A stretch of 64,000 bases of DNA from Candidatus Hodarchaeota archaeon (GTDB taxonomy: Archaea; Asgardarchaeota; Lokiarchaeia; Sigyniarchaeales; SOKP01): positions 104,855 through 168,854 of the forward strand of contig JBHLKM010000011.1 in NCBI GenBank assembly GCA_048886685.1, given 5' to 3'. A model generated the notes under the pieces. It searched no databases. It was not told where the DNA came from and was given only the letters and a program-made list of their open reading frames with translations. The translations under genes and the position numbers were made by a program. This document shows, piece by piece, positions 8,455-18,643 of the stretch (position 1 is its first letter; each line of letters begins with the position of its first letter).

Positions 8455-11217
8455 ATGACTGAATCTAACAAAGAGATAGCAGGTAAGGGTATCAAGAGTA
8501 CAGCATCAATAGAAACCCTTAAAAAAGTAAATATTGCTGCTAACTATTGCTATAATTGTAACCGATGTAATAATGTTTGCCCAACCGCTTTTCTCGACAC
8601 TTTTTACCCTCGCAGCTTAATTACAGATTTAACTTTCTTAACACCAGAGGAAGCTTTAGAAAATAATGACATATGGAAATGCTTAACATGCGGATTGTGT
8701 TCAGTATATTGTCCAATGACAAAGGAAGAGATCGGAGTTAATTTTACCAAAATTATCAAAGATCTGCGTACCTTGGCATCCGAATATGAACCATTAAAAG
8801 AGACTTTATTGAGTTGTAATCATGAGAGAGCATATTCAAGTTTACCAAAATTGATGGCGGATGATAAAATCAAATTTACCAATAGAACTGGATTTTTAGA
8901 AGGGAAAGGATTAAAAACTACAGATAAAGGAGAAATTGGGTACTTTATGGGATGTGTACCTTTCCTAACAGGTATCGCACCTTGTGTTGTAGGATGCCCT
9001 GCAGGAGTTGATGTTCAAGGATACATATCATTAATCTCAGAAGGTAAATTTCAGGAATCCATCGATTTAATAAGAGATAAAAATCCCCTTCCCTACTTAT
9101 GCGGAAGAATTTGTACTGCACAATGTGCATTAAACTGTAATCGTCAATATTTTGATGATCCCGTCGCAATTAGGGAACTTAAAAGATTTGTTTCTGATTG
9201 GGAAGCGGAAAATCCTAATCAAGGTAAAATAAAACCAGTACCACAAACAAAAGAAAAAGTTGCTATTATTGGAGCGGGACCAGGTGGATTATCAGCCGCC
9301 TATTTTCTCGCAAGAATGGGGTATAAACCAACTATTTTCGAGAAAGGTGATAAAACTGGAGGTGTGGTTAGATATGGAGTTCCTCAGTACAGGCTTTCTG
9401 ATGAAGCACTTGATCACGATGTCGATTTTATAAAAAGTATAGGTGTAGAAGTTGTTTTAAACAAAGAATTCGGCCCTAATTTTACATTGGAAGATATCTG
9501 GAAAGAGGGTTATAAGGCAGTTTTTATAGCTGTAGGACTATATATCCCAAAAACTCTCAAACTTGAGGGTGAAGATTTACCCCATGTAGATGTAGCACTT
9601 GATTTCCTTTTAGAGAGAAAATATAAATGTTCAGAAAATCCTGAAGAATTTAAAGGTAAAACTTTTGGGATAATTGGTGGAGGAGCTGTTGCTGTTGATG
9701 TAGGTGAAACTGCTGTTCGTCTAGGAGCAACCAAAGTTGATCTTGTTGATATCTTAACCGAAGAAGCTCTAAAAAATGTGTTTAAAGATTTGCACGAAGC
9801 TGAGAGGCAGGTAATGGAATACCATTTTGAAACGTCCACGGCAAAAATTACCCTAGAACCTAACGGTAAATTAGCTCTAAATTGCTATAAAATAGAATGG
9901 GGTGACCCTGATCCTGAAACAGGGAGAAGACCTTTAAATAAAATTGAAGATTCAGAATTCAAAATCATAGTCGATAACATTGTTATAGCAATTGGACAGG
10001 GGCTTGATCCAGAACCACTTAATGCTGCTACGGATAATCAGTTGAAAATTGAACGAGGCAAAATTGTAGTTGATGATTTAACATATGAAACTGGAATTCC
10101 GGGTGTTTTTGCTGGAGGGGATATTATTTATAATTCTTTAATGTGCGCTGTTGATGCTATTGGAGATGGTAGAGAAGCAGCATTCACTATTGATCGCTAT
10201 CTCCGAGGAATTGATTTAAAAGAAGGAAGAATAAGAAAGGATGACTTGAAAAGATCTGCTATTCCAAAAAAATATATACTAACACAAGCATGTCAAGAAA
10301 TGAACTTTATGCCCAGTTCCGAAAGATTGGTTTGTTTTGATGAGATGGAATTAGGATTTTCCGAGGAACAAGCGAAAAAAGAGGCTAATCGTTGTTTAAA
10401 TTGTAATTGTTGCTGTAATCCTGACCAAATCCCGGAAGATTTTGAAAAAGCACTTGACGATTCTGGAGTTATGATATGTGATTATGGAAGTCAAGATAAT
10501 TGGCGATCTTTGAATGCTCCTGATTACTTAGAAATTCCTAAGAGAGTTATTGGTATTTTAAACCAAAATGATATTTTTCCGGTTGTATTACCTGAAGAAA
10601 AATGCTGTGGTCATGATAGTCTCTGGCGAGGAGATCTTGAAACCTTCAAGACATTAGCAGAGTACAATGTTAAATTATTTAAAAACGCCGGAGTTAAGAC
10701 TTTGATCTTTAATTGCGCTGAAGGATATTACACTTGGAAAAATGAATATAAGGACCTCTTTAAGGGTACTGACGAATTTGACTTTGACGTTTATCATATA
10801 TCTGAATATATCTTGAAAGAAAAACTTTTAGAAGATGTATCATATCCAAGTTTAGACAAAATTAAAGTTACTTACCATGATCCGTGCAGACTTGGAAGAA
10901 TGAGTAAGGTTTTTGATGCTCCACGTGAGGTATTGAAACTAATCCCTTTTGTTAAATTGGTTGAAATGGAAGATAATATGGAAAATGCCGAATGCTGTGG
11001 AGTATCTGCTTATATTTCTTGCGATCAGGATTCAAAAAAGCTTCAAAAGAAAAAAATCTCTCAAGCAATTGAAACAGGAGCAGAATACCTCATTACCGCA
11101 TGTCCCAAATGTATTGCACATTTAAATTGTTATTTAAATGAAAACAGAGAATTAAGGAATAAAATAAAGGTAATTGATCTTGTTAGCTTCATAGGGAGTC
11201 TACTCTTTTTGGTGTGA
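8455..11217 (+). CDS. HdrC/HdrD-type Fe-S/CCG protein with an inserted GltD/NfnB-like FAD/NAD(P) oxidoreductase
   Basis: N-terminal CYNCNRCNNVCP and WKCLTCGLCSVYCP. GYFMGC, then PCVVGCPAG...CGRICTAQCALNCNR...GAGPGG...GGGAVAVD...FAGGD...EANRCLNC. Then EEKCCGH, NCAEGY, TYHDPCRLGR, CCG, TACPKC. Confidence 0.88.
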   Translation: MTESNKEIAGKGIKSTASIETLKKVNIAANYCYNCNRCNNVCPTAFLDTFYPRSLITDLTFLTPEEALENNDIWKCLTCGLCSVYCPMTKEEIGVNFTKIIKDLRTLASEYEPLKETLLSCNHERAYSSLPKLMADDKIKFTNRTGFLEGKGLKTTDKGEIGYFMGCVPFLTGIAPCVVGCPAGVDVQGYISLISEGKFQESIDLIRDKNPLPYLCGRICTAQCALNCNRQYFDDPVAIRELKRFVSDWEAENPNQGKIKPVPQTKEKVAIIGAGPGGLSAAYFLARMGYKPTIFEKGDKTGGVVRYGVPQYRLSDEALDHDVDFIKSIGVEVVLNKEFGPNFTLEDIWKEGYKAVFIAVGLYIPKTLKLEGEDLPHVDVALDFLLERKYKCSENPEEFKGKTFGIIGGGAVAVDVGETAVRLGATKVDLVDILTEEALKNVFKDLHEAERQVMEYHFETSTAKITLEPNGKLALNCYKIEWGDPDPETGRRPLNKIEDSEFKIIVDNIVIAIGQGLDPEPLNAATDNQLKIERGKIVVDDLTYETGIPGVFAGGDIIYNSLMCAVDAIGDGREAAFTIDRYLRGIDLKEGRIRKDDLKRSAIPKKYILTQACQEMNFMPSSERLVCFDEMELGFSEEQAKKEANRCLNCNCCCNPDQIPEDFEKALDDSGVMICDYGSQDNWRSLNAPDYLEIPKRVIGILNQNDIFPVVLPEEKCCGHDSLWRGDLETFKTLAEYNVKLFKNAGVKTLIFNCAEGYYTWKNEYKDLFKGTDEFDFDVYHISEYILKEKLLEDVSYPSLDKIKVTYHDPCRLGRMSKVFDAPREVLKLIPFVKLVEMEDNMENAECCGVSAYISCDQDSKKLQKKKISQAIETGAEYLITACPKCIAHLNCYLNENRELRNKIKVIDLVSFIGSLLFLV

Positions 11218-11402
11218 TATAGATTTCTCATTTTTTAATATATTTTTAGTTTAACTAATTGTTTTATTCTGTTCATCTAGCTTTACGCATTTTAAAGAGA
11301 GTGTTTTTCAGAGTTAACAAGTAACCTTTAAAATTTTGATAATTTATTCTTAATAACTACATTCAAATCATAATTTAAAAACAAAATATAATAGTGAAAA
11401 AC

Positions 11403-13328
11403 ATGAGTAAAACTAAGGAAATACCTGTTCCTGATGAAATTAAAGGTTTTACCCAGGTAAGACTTGATGTCGATCTTGTTAATGGAAAATTTAGTAAGTC
11501 TAAATTATCTAATGAATTTTGTCGTGATTGGATTGGTGGATATGGATTCGGTGCAAAGGTATTATGGGATGAATGCCCCGCTGGTGTAGATCCATTGAGC
11601 CCTGAAAATATTTTTGTATATGCTCAAGGTCCATTCCCTGGCACAATCCTACCTACATCCAGTAAATACGGAGTATTTGCTAAATCTCCATTAACCGGTC
11701 AATTTGGAATGGCTATTTCTTCTGGATCGGTTGGTGCTCAAGCACGACGCGCTGGAATCAATATGATTGTTTTCAAGGGAAAGGCTCCAGAACCTGTTTA
11801 CATGGTAGTTGATGATGATGATTATTACTTAGTGCCCTGCAAGGATACATTATGGGGAAAGGGCTGTTGGGAAACTGAAGAACTTTTACGAGAAGAATTT
11901 CAAGACCAGCGCCTGGGGATATTAACTATTGGCCCAGGTGGAGAACGCATGGGTTATATGGGATGTATTACTAATGATCGTAATAGACAGGCTGGAAGAA
12001 CCGGAATGGGTGCCGTTATGGGATCTAAAAACCTTAAAGCAATATGTTTTAGAGGAACTAAAGGAATCAGCGTAGCCCAACCAGTTGAGTTTTTTAAATT
12101 AGCTAAGAAATTAATAAAAGTGGCAAATGGACCTGCTACGGCTAAATATCGAGATTTAGGCACACCAGCAGGTATAACAAGTTATAATAAACTTGGTATG
12201 ATGCCTATTTTCAACCATCGTGAGGGTACTTGGGATAAAATTGATGATGGAACTTTTACAGGTGATATATTAAATCAAGATTGGGTAGTAAAGAAGGTAG
12301 CATGTTCCCAATGCTCAATAGGGTGTGATCATATTACAAAAGTACCTAAAGATCATCCTAATTGGCCTAATCTTTATTCAAGTATCGATCAAGAGCTTTG
12401 TTATAGTTTTGGAACTGCTTGTGGTAATTTTGATTGGCCTTCTGTGTTTAAATGTGTATCTCTTACTGATGATCTAGGGATTGATGCTATAAGTGGAGGT
12501 GTAACAGCAGCTATGGCTTGTGAATGTTTTGAGGAGGGCATTATAACAAAAGAAGATTTAGGCTATGAATTACCTTTTGGTTCTACAGTGAATCTCGTAA
12601 GATTTACAGAAGAAATGATTCTGGGAAAAGGTTTTGCAGGTAAAATTTTTGGAGATGGAGTACGAGAAGCTGGAAAGAGATTAGAAGAAATGGGTAGAAA
12701 AAATGCAAGCTACTACGCTATGCATATAAAAGGTTTAGAAATGCCTGCTTTTGATGTACATGGCATGAGCTCATTTGCTGTTGGAATGAGTGTTTCTATT
12801 CGTGGAGCTTGCCACTTGCGCAATGGATCATATGGTCTTGATGCTAAGGGCAACTTTGACAGATTTGGTTATGATAAGCCTCTTGAGAGAGGAAAAGCAA
12901 TCAAAGATTTAGAAGATATTTATGCTATCATTGATTCATACATAGTGTGTAAATTTACTCGAGGAATATATGAAAACGATGCTGAAATGGCAAAAGTCTT
13001 TGAATTAGTAACAGGAATCCCTGTGAATGAGGAATTTATACAACATCGTGGCGATGCAATCGTAAACCTTTCAAAATGTTTCAATATAAGAGAAGGATGG
13101 ACAAGAGATGATGAAAAACCACCAGAAAGATTCTTTAAGCAACCCCACACAAGAGGACCAGCTAAAGGTGTTGTTTTGAAGGAAGATGGATATCAAAAAA
13201 TCTTAAGTGGTTATTATGAAGCGCGTGGCTGGGATACTAAAACAGGAATCCCAACTGATGATACTCTAAAAAATCTTGGATTAGATTTTGTTATTGGCAA
13301 ATTAAATCCTGCAGGAGGTAAAAAATAG
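11403..13328 (+). CDS. aor: Tungsten-containing aldehyde:ferredoxin oxidoreductase (AOR/WOR family)
   Basis: KSPLTG, IGPGGE, AGRTGMGAVMGSKNLKAI, CSQCSIGC, DDLGIDAIS, KGLEMPAFD, RGACHL, YYEARGWD. ATG at 11403 (GTG at 11394 is also in frame). Confidence 0.92.
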   Translation: MSKTKEIPVPDEIKGFTQVRLDVDLVNGKFSKSKLSNEFCRDWIGGYGFGAKVLWDECPAGVDPLSPENIFVYAQGPFPGTILPTSSKYGVFAKSPLTGQFGMAISSGSVGAQARRAGINMIVFKGKAPEPVYMVVDDDDYYLVPCKDTLWGKGCWETEELLREEFQDQRLGILTIGPGGERMGYMGCITNDRNRQAGRTGMGAVMGSKNLKAICFRGTKGISVAQPVEFFKLAKKLIKVANGPATAKYRDLGTPAGITSYNKLGMMPIFNHREGTWDKIDDGTFTGDILNQDWVVKKVACSQCSIGCDHITKVPKDHPNWPNLYSSIDQELCYSFGTACGNFDWPSVFKCVSLTDDLGIDAISGGVTAAMACECFEEGIITKEDLGYELPFGSTVNLVRFTEEMILGKGFAGKIFGDGVREAGKRLEEMGRKNASYYAMHIKGLEMPAFDVHGMSSFAVGMSVSIRGACHLRNGSYGLDAKGNFDRFGYDKPLERGKAIKDLEDIYAIIDSYIVCKFTRGIYENDAEMAKVFELVTGIPVNEEFIQHRGDAIVNLSKCFNIREGWTRDDEKPPERFFKQPHTRGPAKGVVLKEDGYQKILSGYYEARGWDTKTGIPTDDTLKNLGLDFVIGKLNPAGGKK

Positions 13329-13883
13329 ATGTCAAAAACAATTAAGAAGAGAGGTGGAGTTGTTCATCAATTTATTATCGTGGATCCCAATTTATGTACA
13401 GGCTGCGAAACATGTGAAAGTGTGTGCAGTTTTGTCCATGATGGAGAATTCAATCCAATAAATACGAGAATTCATAGAGTAAGAATTGAACCCATTTTAA
13501 ACGTTGCATTAGCATGCCAAAAATGTGAAGATGCTCCATGTGTTCGCAGCTGCCCAGAAAAAGCTCTCGATCAGGACAAAAAAACTGGTTCAATTATCGT
13601 TGACGATGATAAGTGTAATGGGTGCGCTTTCTGCATCAGAGCATGTGATTTTGGTGTTTTAAACTTGCATATTCAATCTCAAAAAGCTCTTATTTGTGAT
13701 CTCTGCGAAACTATGAAAGATGATTACATAAATGAAGAAAGGGGTGAAAAATACCCTGCATGTATAGATTTATGTCCAAAGGAAGCGATTTCATTAAAGA
13801 ATGTCGAACAAATAGGAGAAGAAAAGCGTATTGATGCAGTAAAGAGACTCTTTGGGGATATTTTAAAAGAAACAGAAGCTTAA
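13329..13883 (+). CDS. 4x[4Fe-4S] electron-transfer subunit (DmsB/HydN-like), AOR partner
   Basis: CTGCETCESVC, CQKCEDAPCVRSCP, CNGCAFCIRAC, CDLC...PACIDLCP. ATG directly follows the aor TAG, with GGAGGT upstream. Confidence 0.9.
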   Translation: MSKTIKKRGGVVHQFIIVDPNLCTGCETCESVCSFVHDGEFNPINTRIHRVRIEPILNVALACQKCEDAPCVRSCPEKALDQDKKTGSIIVDDDKCNGCAFCIRACDFGVLNLHIQSQKALICDLCETMKDDYINEERGEKYPACIDLCPKEAISLKNVEQIGEEKRIDAVKRLFGDILKETEA

Positions 13884-13914
13884 ATTTTTTTATTTATTTC
13901 TATTTTTTTCTTTT
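13884..13914 (+). terminator. Probable oligo-T terminator of the aor operon
   Basis: T-rich tract immediately after the stop codon, typical of archaeal terminators. Confidence 0.45.
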
Positions 13915-13995
13915 ATAGTTTAGGATTAGATTTTTACATGCATAATTTGTTTTCAACAAGAATTTAAATTAAAACAAGAGGAAAAACTTCATTAA

Positions 13996-15642
13996 ATGGA
14001 AAAAAAATATAAGACTATGGATTTTTTTCTCGGTTTAGACTGTTCCACCCAAAGTTTAACAGGAGTTTTGATAGATTTCAATAAAAGGAAAAATATCTAT
14101 TCCTATAGCATTAATTTTGACAAGGATTTACCACAATATAAAACTCAAAATGGAGTTTATATATTTAATGAGGGCAAAGTTGTTCATTCGAACCCCTTGA
14201 TGTGGGTTGAAGCATTAGAATTACTATTTACTAAATTTGTTCAGGAAAAATTACCCTTAGATCAAATAAAGGCAATTTCTGGCTCAGGTCAACAACATGG
14301 GACCGTTTATTTGAATAGTTCATTTGAATCAATTTTGAAAAAATTAGATTCAAACAAAACTTTAGCAAGTCAAATAGAAAATGTTTTTACGAGGAAGACA
14401 AACCCGATTTGGATGGATTCAAGCACTACTATAGAATGTGAAGAGATACGTCGTAAGTTAGGGGGAATGGAATCAACAATTAAAATTACCGGCTCAAACA
14501 CATTTGAGAGGTTTTCTGGACCTCAAATAAGAAAATTTTACAAACAGAATTACGATGACTATTTGAATACCTCAGTAATTCATTTGGTAAGTTCCTTTCT
14601 CTCTTCCATTTTATTAGGTAAAAACTCTCCAATAGATCATAGTGATGGTGCAGGAATGAATTTGATGAATATTGAGACAAAGCAATGGAACCAAAAAGCT
14701 TTAGACGCGACAGCTCCCAACCTGAAATTAAAACTACCACCCTTAACTAATTCCTATGAAATTATTGGTACAATATCTCCCTATTTCGTGGAAAAGTATA
14801 AATTTTCTTCAGACACTCTTCTCATTCCATGGTCAGGGGATAATCCTAACAGCTTAATTGGTTTAGGTCTTACAACTAAAGGGAGAGTAGCAGTTAGTTT
14901 AGGTACAAGCGATACATATTTTGCTTATTTAAAACGATTAAATATTGATTTGAGCAGTGAAGGACATGTTTTTGTAGCACCTACAGGAGAATACATGGGA
15001 TTGGTGTGCTATAAGAATGGTTCTTTAGCAAGAGAGAAAATTAAAGATATGTTTAACCTTACATGGAAAGAATTTTCTAAAATACTTAGAGACACACCAC
15101 CTGGGAATTATGGGAAAATCATGTTACCATATTTCTTCCCAGAGATTGTTCCACTTGTTCTGAAACCCAATGTATTCCGATTTGGATTAAGTGAAGATGA
15201 TCAAGAAGGAAATGTAAGAGCTGTAATAGAAGCACAGTTTTTATCAATGAAACTACATTCTAATTGGATAAGAGAAGAACCAGAAGAAATATTTGCGACA
15301 GGAGGAGCATCCTCAAATTTAGAGATAATAGAAATTGCGGCTAACATATTTAATACAACCATTCGACAATTCGATATAACTAATTCTGCTGCTTTAGGTG
15401 CTGCACTTCGAAGTGCTAAATCTTATTATGATTCCTTAAATCAAAATATTGGTTGGACAGAATTGGTAAATCAATATTTAGATATCCAAAAAAGCGTTGT
15501 TATCAAACCTAATAAGAAGTACGCCGCATTGTATACCGATATGCTTGATGTTTATAAGAAGTGTGAAAGTTTTATTCTTAAGAATGGAGAAGATCCAGAA
15601 AAATATCGTAAAGATTTCATCAAAAAGTATTTTGAGAATTGA
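13996..15642 (+). CDS. xylB: Xylulokinase, FGGY family, XYLB/Xks1-type
   Basis: FLGLDCSTQSL, ISGSGQQHG, PIWMDSST, FERFSGPQIRK, GDNPNSL, SLGTSDT, YKNGSLARE, TGGAS. Confidence 0.88.
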   Translation: MEKKYKTMDFFLGLDCSTQSLTGVLIDFNKRKNIYSYSINFDKDLPQYKTQNGVYIFNEGKVVHSNPLMWVEALELLFTKFVQEKLPLDQIKAISGSGQQHGTVYLNSSFESILKKLDSNKTLASQIENVFTRKTNPIWMDSSTTIECEEIRRKLGGMESTIKITGSNTFERFSGPQIRKFYKQNYDDYLNTSVIHLVSSFLSSILLGKNSPIDHSDGAGMNLMNIETKQWNQKALDATAPNLKLKLPPLTNSYEIIGTISPYFVEKYKFSSDTLLIPWSGDNPNSLIGLGLTTKGRVAVSLGTSDTYFAYLKRLNIDLSSEGHVFVAPTGEYMGLVCYKNGSLAREKIKDMFNLTWKEFSKILRDTPPGNYGKIMLPYFFPEIVPLVLKPNVFRFGLSEDDQEGNVRAVIEAQFLSMKLHSNWIREEPEEIFATGGASSNLEIIEIAANIFNTTIRQFDITNSAALGAALRSAKSYYDSLNQNIGWTELVNQYLDIQKSVVIKPNKKYAALYTDMLDVYKKCESFILKNGEDPEKYRKDFIKKYFEN

Positions 15643-16272
15643 TTAGATTTCATCAGAATGTTTTAAAATAGATATTACTTTATTAGGATCACTTGCATTT
15701 AAAATTGTGCTGGCACTACTTAATATTTCAACGTCTAATTTCTTTGCGTTATTAATGTTAATTCCCCCATCAACTTCAATAAGAAAATTATATTTTGCTT
15801 TATACATTTTTAAATTGTTTACTTTCTCTATTGAATAAGGTATGAATTTCTGCCCAGATTCACCGGGATATACAGACATAACCAATACCAAATCAATTGA
15901 ATTTAGATATGGTACAATTTCAACTATGTCTGTATCTGGATTTATTGCTATACCTACTTTTTTTTTCTTTTCTCTAATTTTATTGATTATTTCATCTTTA
16001 TCTTGTTCGATCTCAAAATGGAAAGTAAATATTTGGATATATTCAATAATCTCTTCGATATAATCAGAGGGATTAGTTACCATCATGTGTGAGATAATGG
16101 GTATTTGGTAAGTTTCGTTTAAAATACGAAAAACATCTAGATTTAGGTTTCTCACGGGAGTAAATTTCCCGTCTGATACATCAACATGTATATAATCAAG
16201 CCCATTTAAACCAAGAATAATATCTGGTTTCAAATCGTCTCTTGCGTGTATTGATACTGCAATTTTTTTCAT
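15643..16272 (-). CDS. rpe: Ribulose-phosphate 3-epimerase
   Basis: [48 protein letters not shown]. Confidence 0.92.
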   Translation of the reverse strand: MKKIAVSIHARDDLKPDIILGLNGLDYIHVDVSDGKFTPVRNLNLDVFRILNETYQIPIISHMMVTNPSDYIEEIIEYIQIFTFHFEIEQDKDEIINKIREKKKKVGIAINPDTDIVEIVPYLNSIDLVLVMSVYPGESGQKFIPYSIEKVNNLKMYKAKYNFLIEVDGGININNAKKLDVEILSSASTILNASDPNKVISILKHSDEI

Positions 16273-16644
16273 ATCTATATCGAGTGTAAATATCTTTTTT
16301 TTTTATACTTTAGGATAGTAGTATCACAAAAAATATTAAAATACAAAATCTCTTGTTTTTTATAATTGAAGCGACATTTTTTTTTATAGAAATTTTAGAA
16401 ATCAATAATCTCCAACTGAAACTTTTATCGAAATTCGTCATTTTTAACTAAATAAGTGATATTAAAAAAGAAACATCAATTAAATAATCAGATATTAGAA
16501 GAATTGAATTAAAGTTTCATAATAATTTAATTTTAATAATATAGACAATTTACTTTATCATAATTTATTTCTTAGCTAACTAAGAAATTAGAAAAAGAAA
16601 AGCCTTAGAAAATTAGGAGGTTAAGTTAACCAAAGGTGAACATA

Positions 16645-18627
16645 TTGTCTGATAAACAGACCACTAGTAATAGTAATGAAGACGAAGTTCAGCCTAGAAT
16701 AGGTGTGTTCGTGTGCCACTGAGGGATTAACATCGCAGGTATATTAGATATCCCGAGAATAGTCGAAGAAATAAATAAAATTGAAAATGTTTGGGCTTAT
16801 CCATATCTTTCCTTATGTACTGAAGGAGGATCTACTGAAATCAAAGAGAAACATGAAGAATTTAAATTCAATAGAATATTAATTGCAGCATGTACACCTA
16901 AGACTCATCAGCCCGTATTCCATGCTATATTAAAAGAGATGGGATTACCTCCAAGATATTTGGAATTCGTAAATATACGAGAACACTGTTCATTTGTACA
17001 TCAAGCCCCAGAAGTTCGTGAAAAAGCTACATTAAAAGCAATCGAGCTAATTAAAGCAGGTATTGCCCGAGCGAGATTATTAGAAGATGTACCTACAAAA
17101 ACAGTTCCCGTAGAACCTAGTGCTCTTGTAGTTGGTGGAGGAATTGCAGGATTATCGGCTGCTATCGATTTGGGTGATGCTGGATATAAAGTATATTTGG
17201 TTGAGAAGAATACAACGATCGGAGGTCGTATGTCTCAGCTCGACAGGACTTTTCCTACGGATGATTGTTCAATATGAATCTTGGGACCAAAAATGCTTGA
17301 AGCCAACCGTCATCCAAACATTGAAATCTTATCATACAGTGAAGTTTCAGAAATTGACGGTTACATTGGTAACTTTAAAGTTAAAGTAAGAAGAAAAGCT
17401 CGATTCGTTGATGAAACAAAATGCACCGGTTGTGGAACATGTACAGATGTATGCCCGGTGTATACAAGTAATTACTTTGATGAGCATTTATCTGCCCGGA
17501 AGGTCATTGATATCGCTTTTGCTCAAGCAGTCCCAGCAGTATCGCAACTTGAAAGAGATGTATGCGTAGAATGCTTTGCATGTGTTGATGCATGTGAACA
17601 AGAAGCCATAGACTTTAGTCAGCAAGACAAAATTGTAGAACTAGATATAGGCACTATAGTTGTAGCGACTGGTTGGGACCTTTATAAGGGTGAAGATTAT
17701 GGTTATGGGATTTATGATAATGTAATCAATCAGATAGAATTAGAAAGGATTCTTGCACCTAACGGTCCTACTTATGGACACTTAAAGCGCCCTTCCGATG
17801 GTAAGCGTCCTACAAAAATTCTATTCATCAACTGCGTTGGTTCGAGAGATGTTAATAAAAATGCTCATTGTAGCGTTATCTGTTGTAATCTTTCACTTAA
17901 AAACTCGAAATTAATTAAATCTGAATACCCTGACTCACAAATCGTTTGTACATATATAGACATGAGATGTGCTGGAAAAGACTATGAAGAATACTATAGA
18001 AGATCAAGAGATGCAGGAATAATTTTTGTAAAAGGATTAGTTGGAAAAATAGAAGAAGATCATTTAACAAAAAACCTTAAAGTACAATTTGAGCCAGTAG
18101 GAACTGATAGTGTAGTTACTATGGAGGTCCATATGGTTGTATTATCACCAGCATCTCTCCCCTCTGAAGGTACATTACAAATAGCTAAAGTTCTAAATAT
18201 GGAAAAAAGCCCTGATGGTTTCTTAAAGGAATATCATGCTAGACTTGACCCAATAAGTACTAAAGTACCAGGAATCTATATTTGTGGATCAGCCCAAGGA
18301 CAAAAAGAGATTGACAAAGCAGTAAGCCAAGCTAGAGGAGCAGCATCAGTAGCAGGTATTCCGATGGGTAGAGGGGAATATACAATGGAATTAATTCGAG
18401 CTACACCCTCAGATGAGCGTTGTGCTAAGTGTTATAAATGTATCGAAGCTTGTCCATATAGCGCTATTTCGGTAAATGAAACGGGAAATATTGTCGTTGA
18501 TTTAATAAATTGTCGAGGGTGTGGAACTTGTGCAGGTTTATGTCCTTCAAAAGCAATTGAATTAACATACTTTAGAGACGATCAATATATGGCTTTAGTA
18601 GATGAATTATTACCCCTTGAGGAGTAA
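16645..18627 (+). CDS. hdrA: Heterodisulfide reductase subunit A, selenoprotein with two Sec (U26, U211), 660 aa
   Basis: One continuous frame from TTG 16645 (AGGTGA upstream) to TAA 18627, interrupted only by TGA 16720-16722 (RIGVFVCH-U-GINIAG) and TGA 17275-17277 (TFPTDDCSI-U-ILGPKM). Both are conserved HdrA Cys positions. Also AACTP, NIREHCS, GGGIAG FAD motif and ferredoxin motifs. The ORF track splits this into 16939-17277 and 17281-18627. Confidence 0.93.
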
Positions 18628-18628
18628 A

Positions 18629-18635
18629 GAGGTGA
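18629..18635 (+). promoter_or_regulatory. Shine-Dalgarno site for mvhD
   Basis: GAGGTGA 8 nt before ATG 18644, within the 16-nt hdrA-mvhD gap. Confidence 0.65.
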
Positions 18636-18643
18636 AGAATAAA

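Noticed and set aside
11403-13328. AOR-family gene as BamB (class II benzoyl-CoA reductase)
   Set aside because: It retains the AOR-type Glu and RGACH His, and no aromatic-degradation genes are adjacent.
16619-16631. GGTTA-agt-TAACC inverted repeat before hdrA, and a similar GTTA-n5-TAAC before aor
   Set aside because: Short, with different spacing, and expected by chance in AT-rich DNA.
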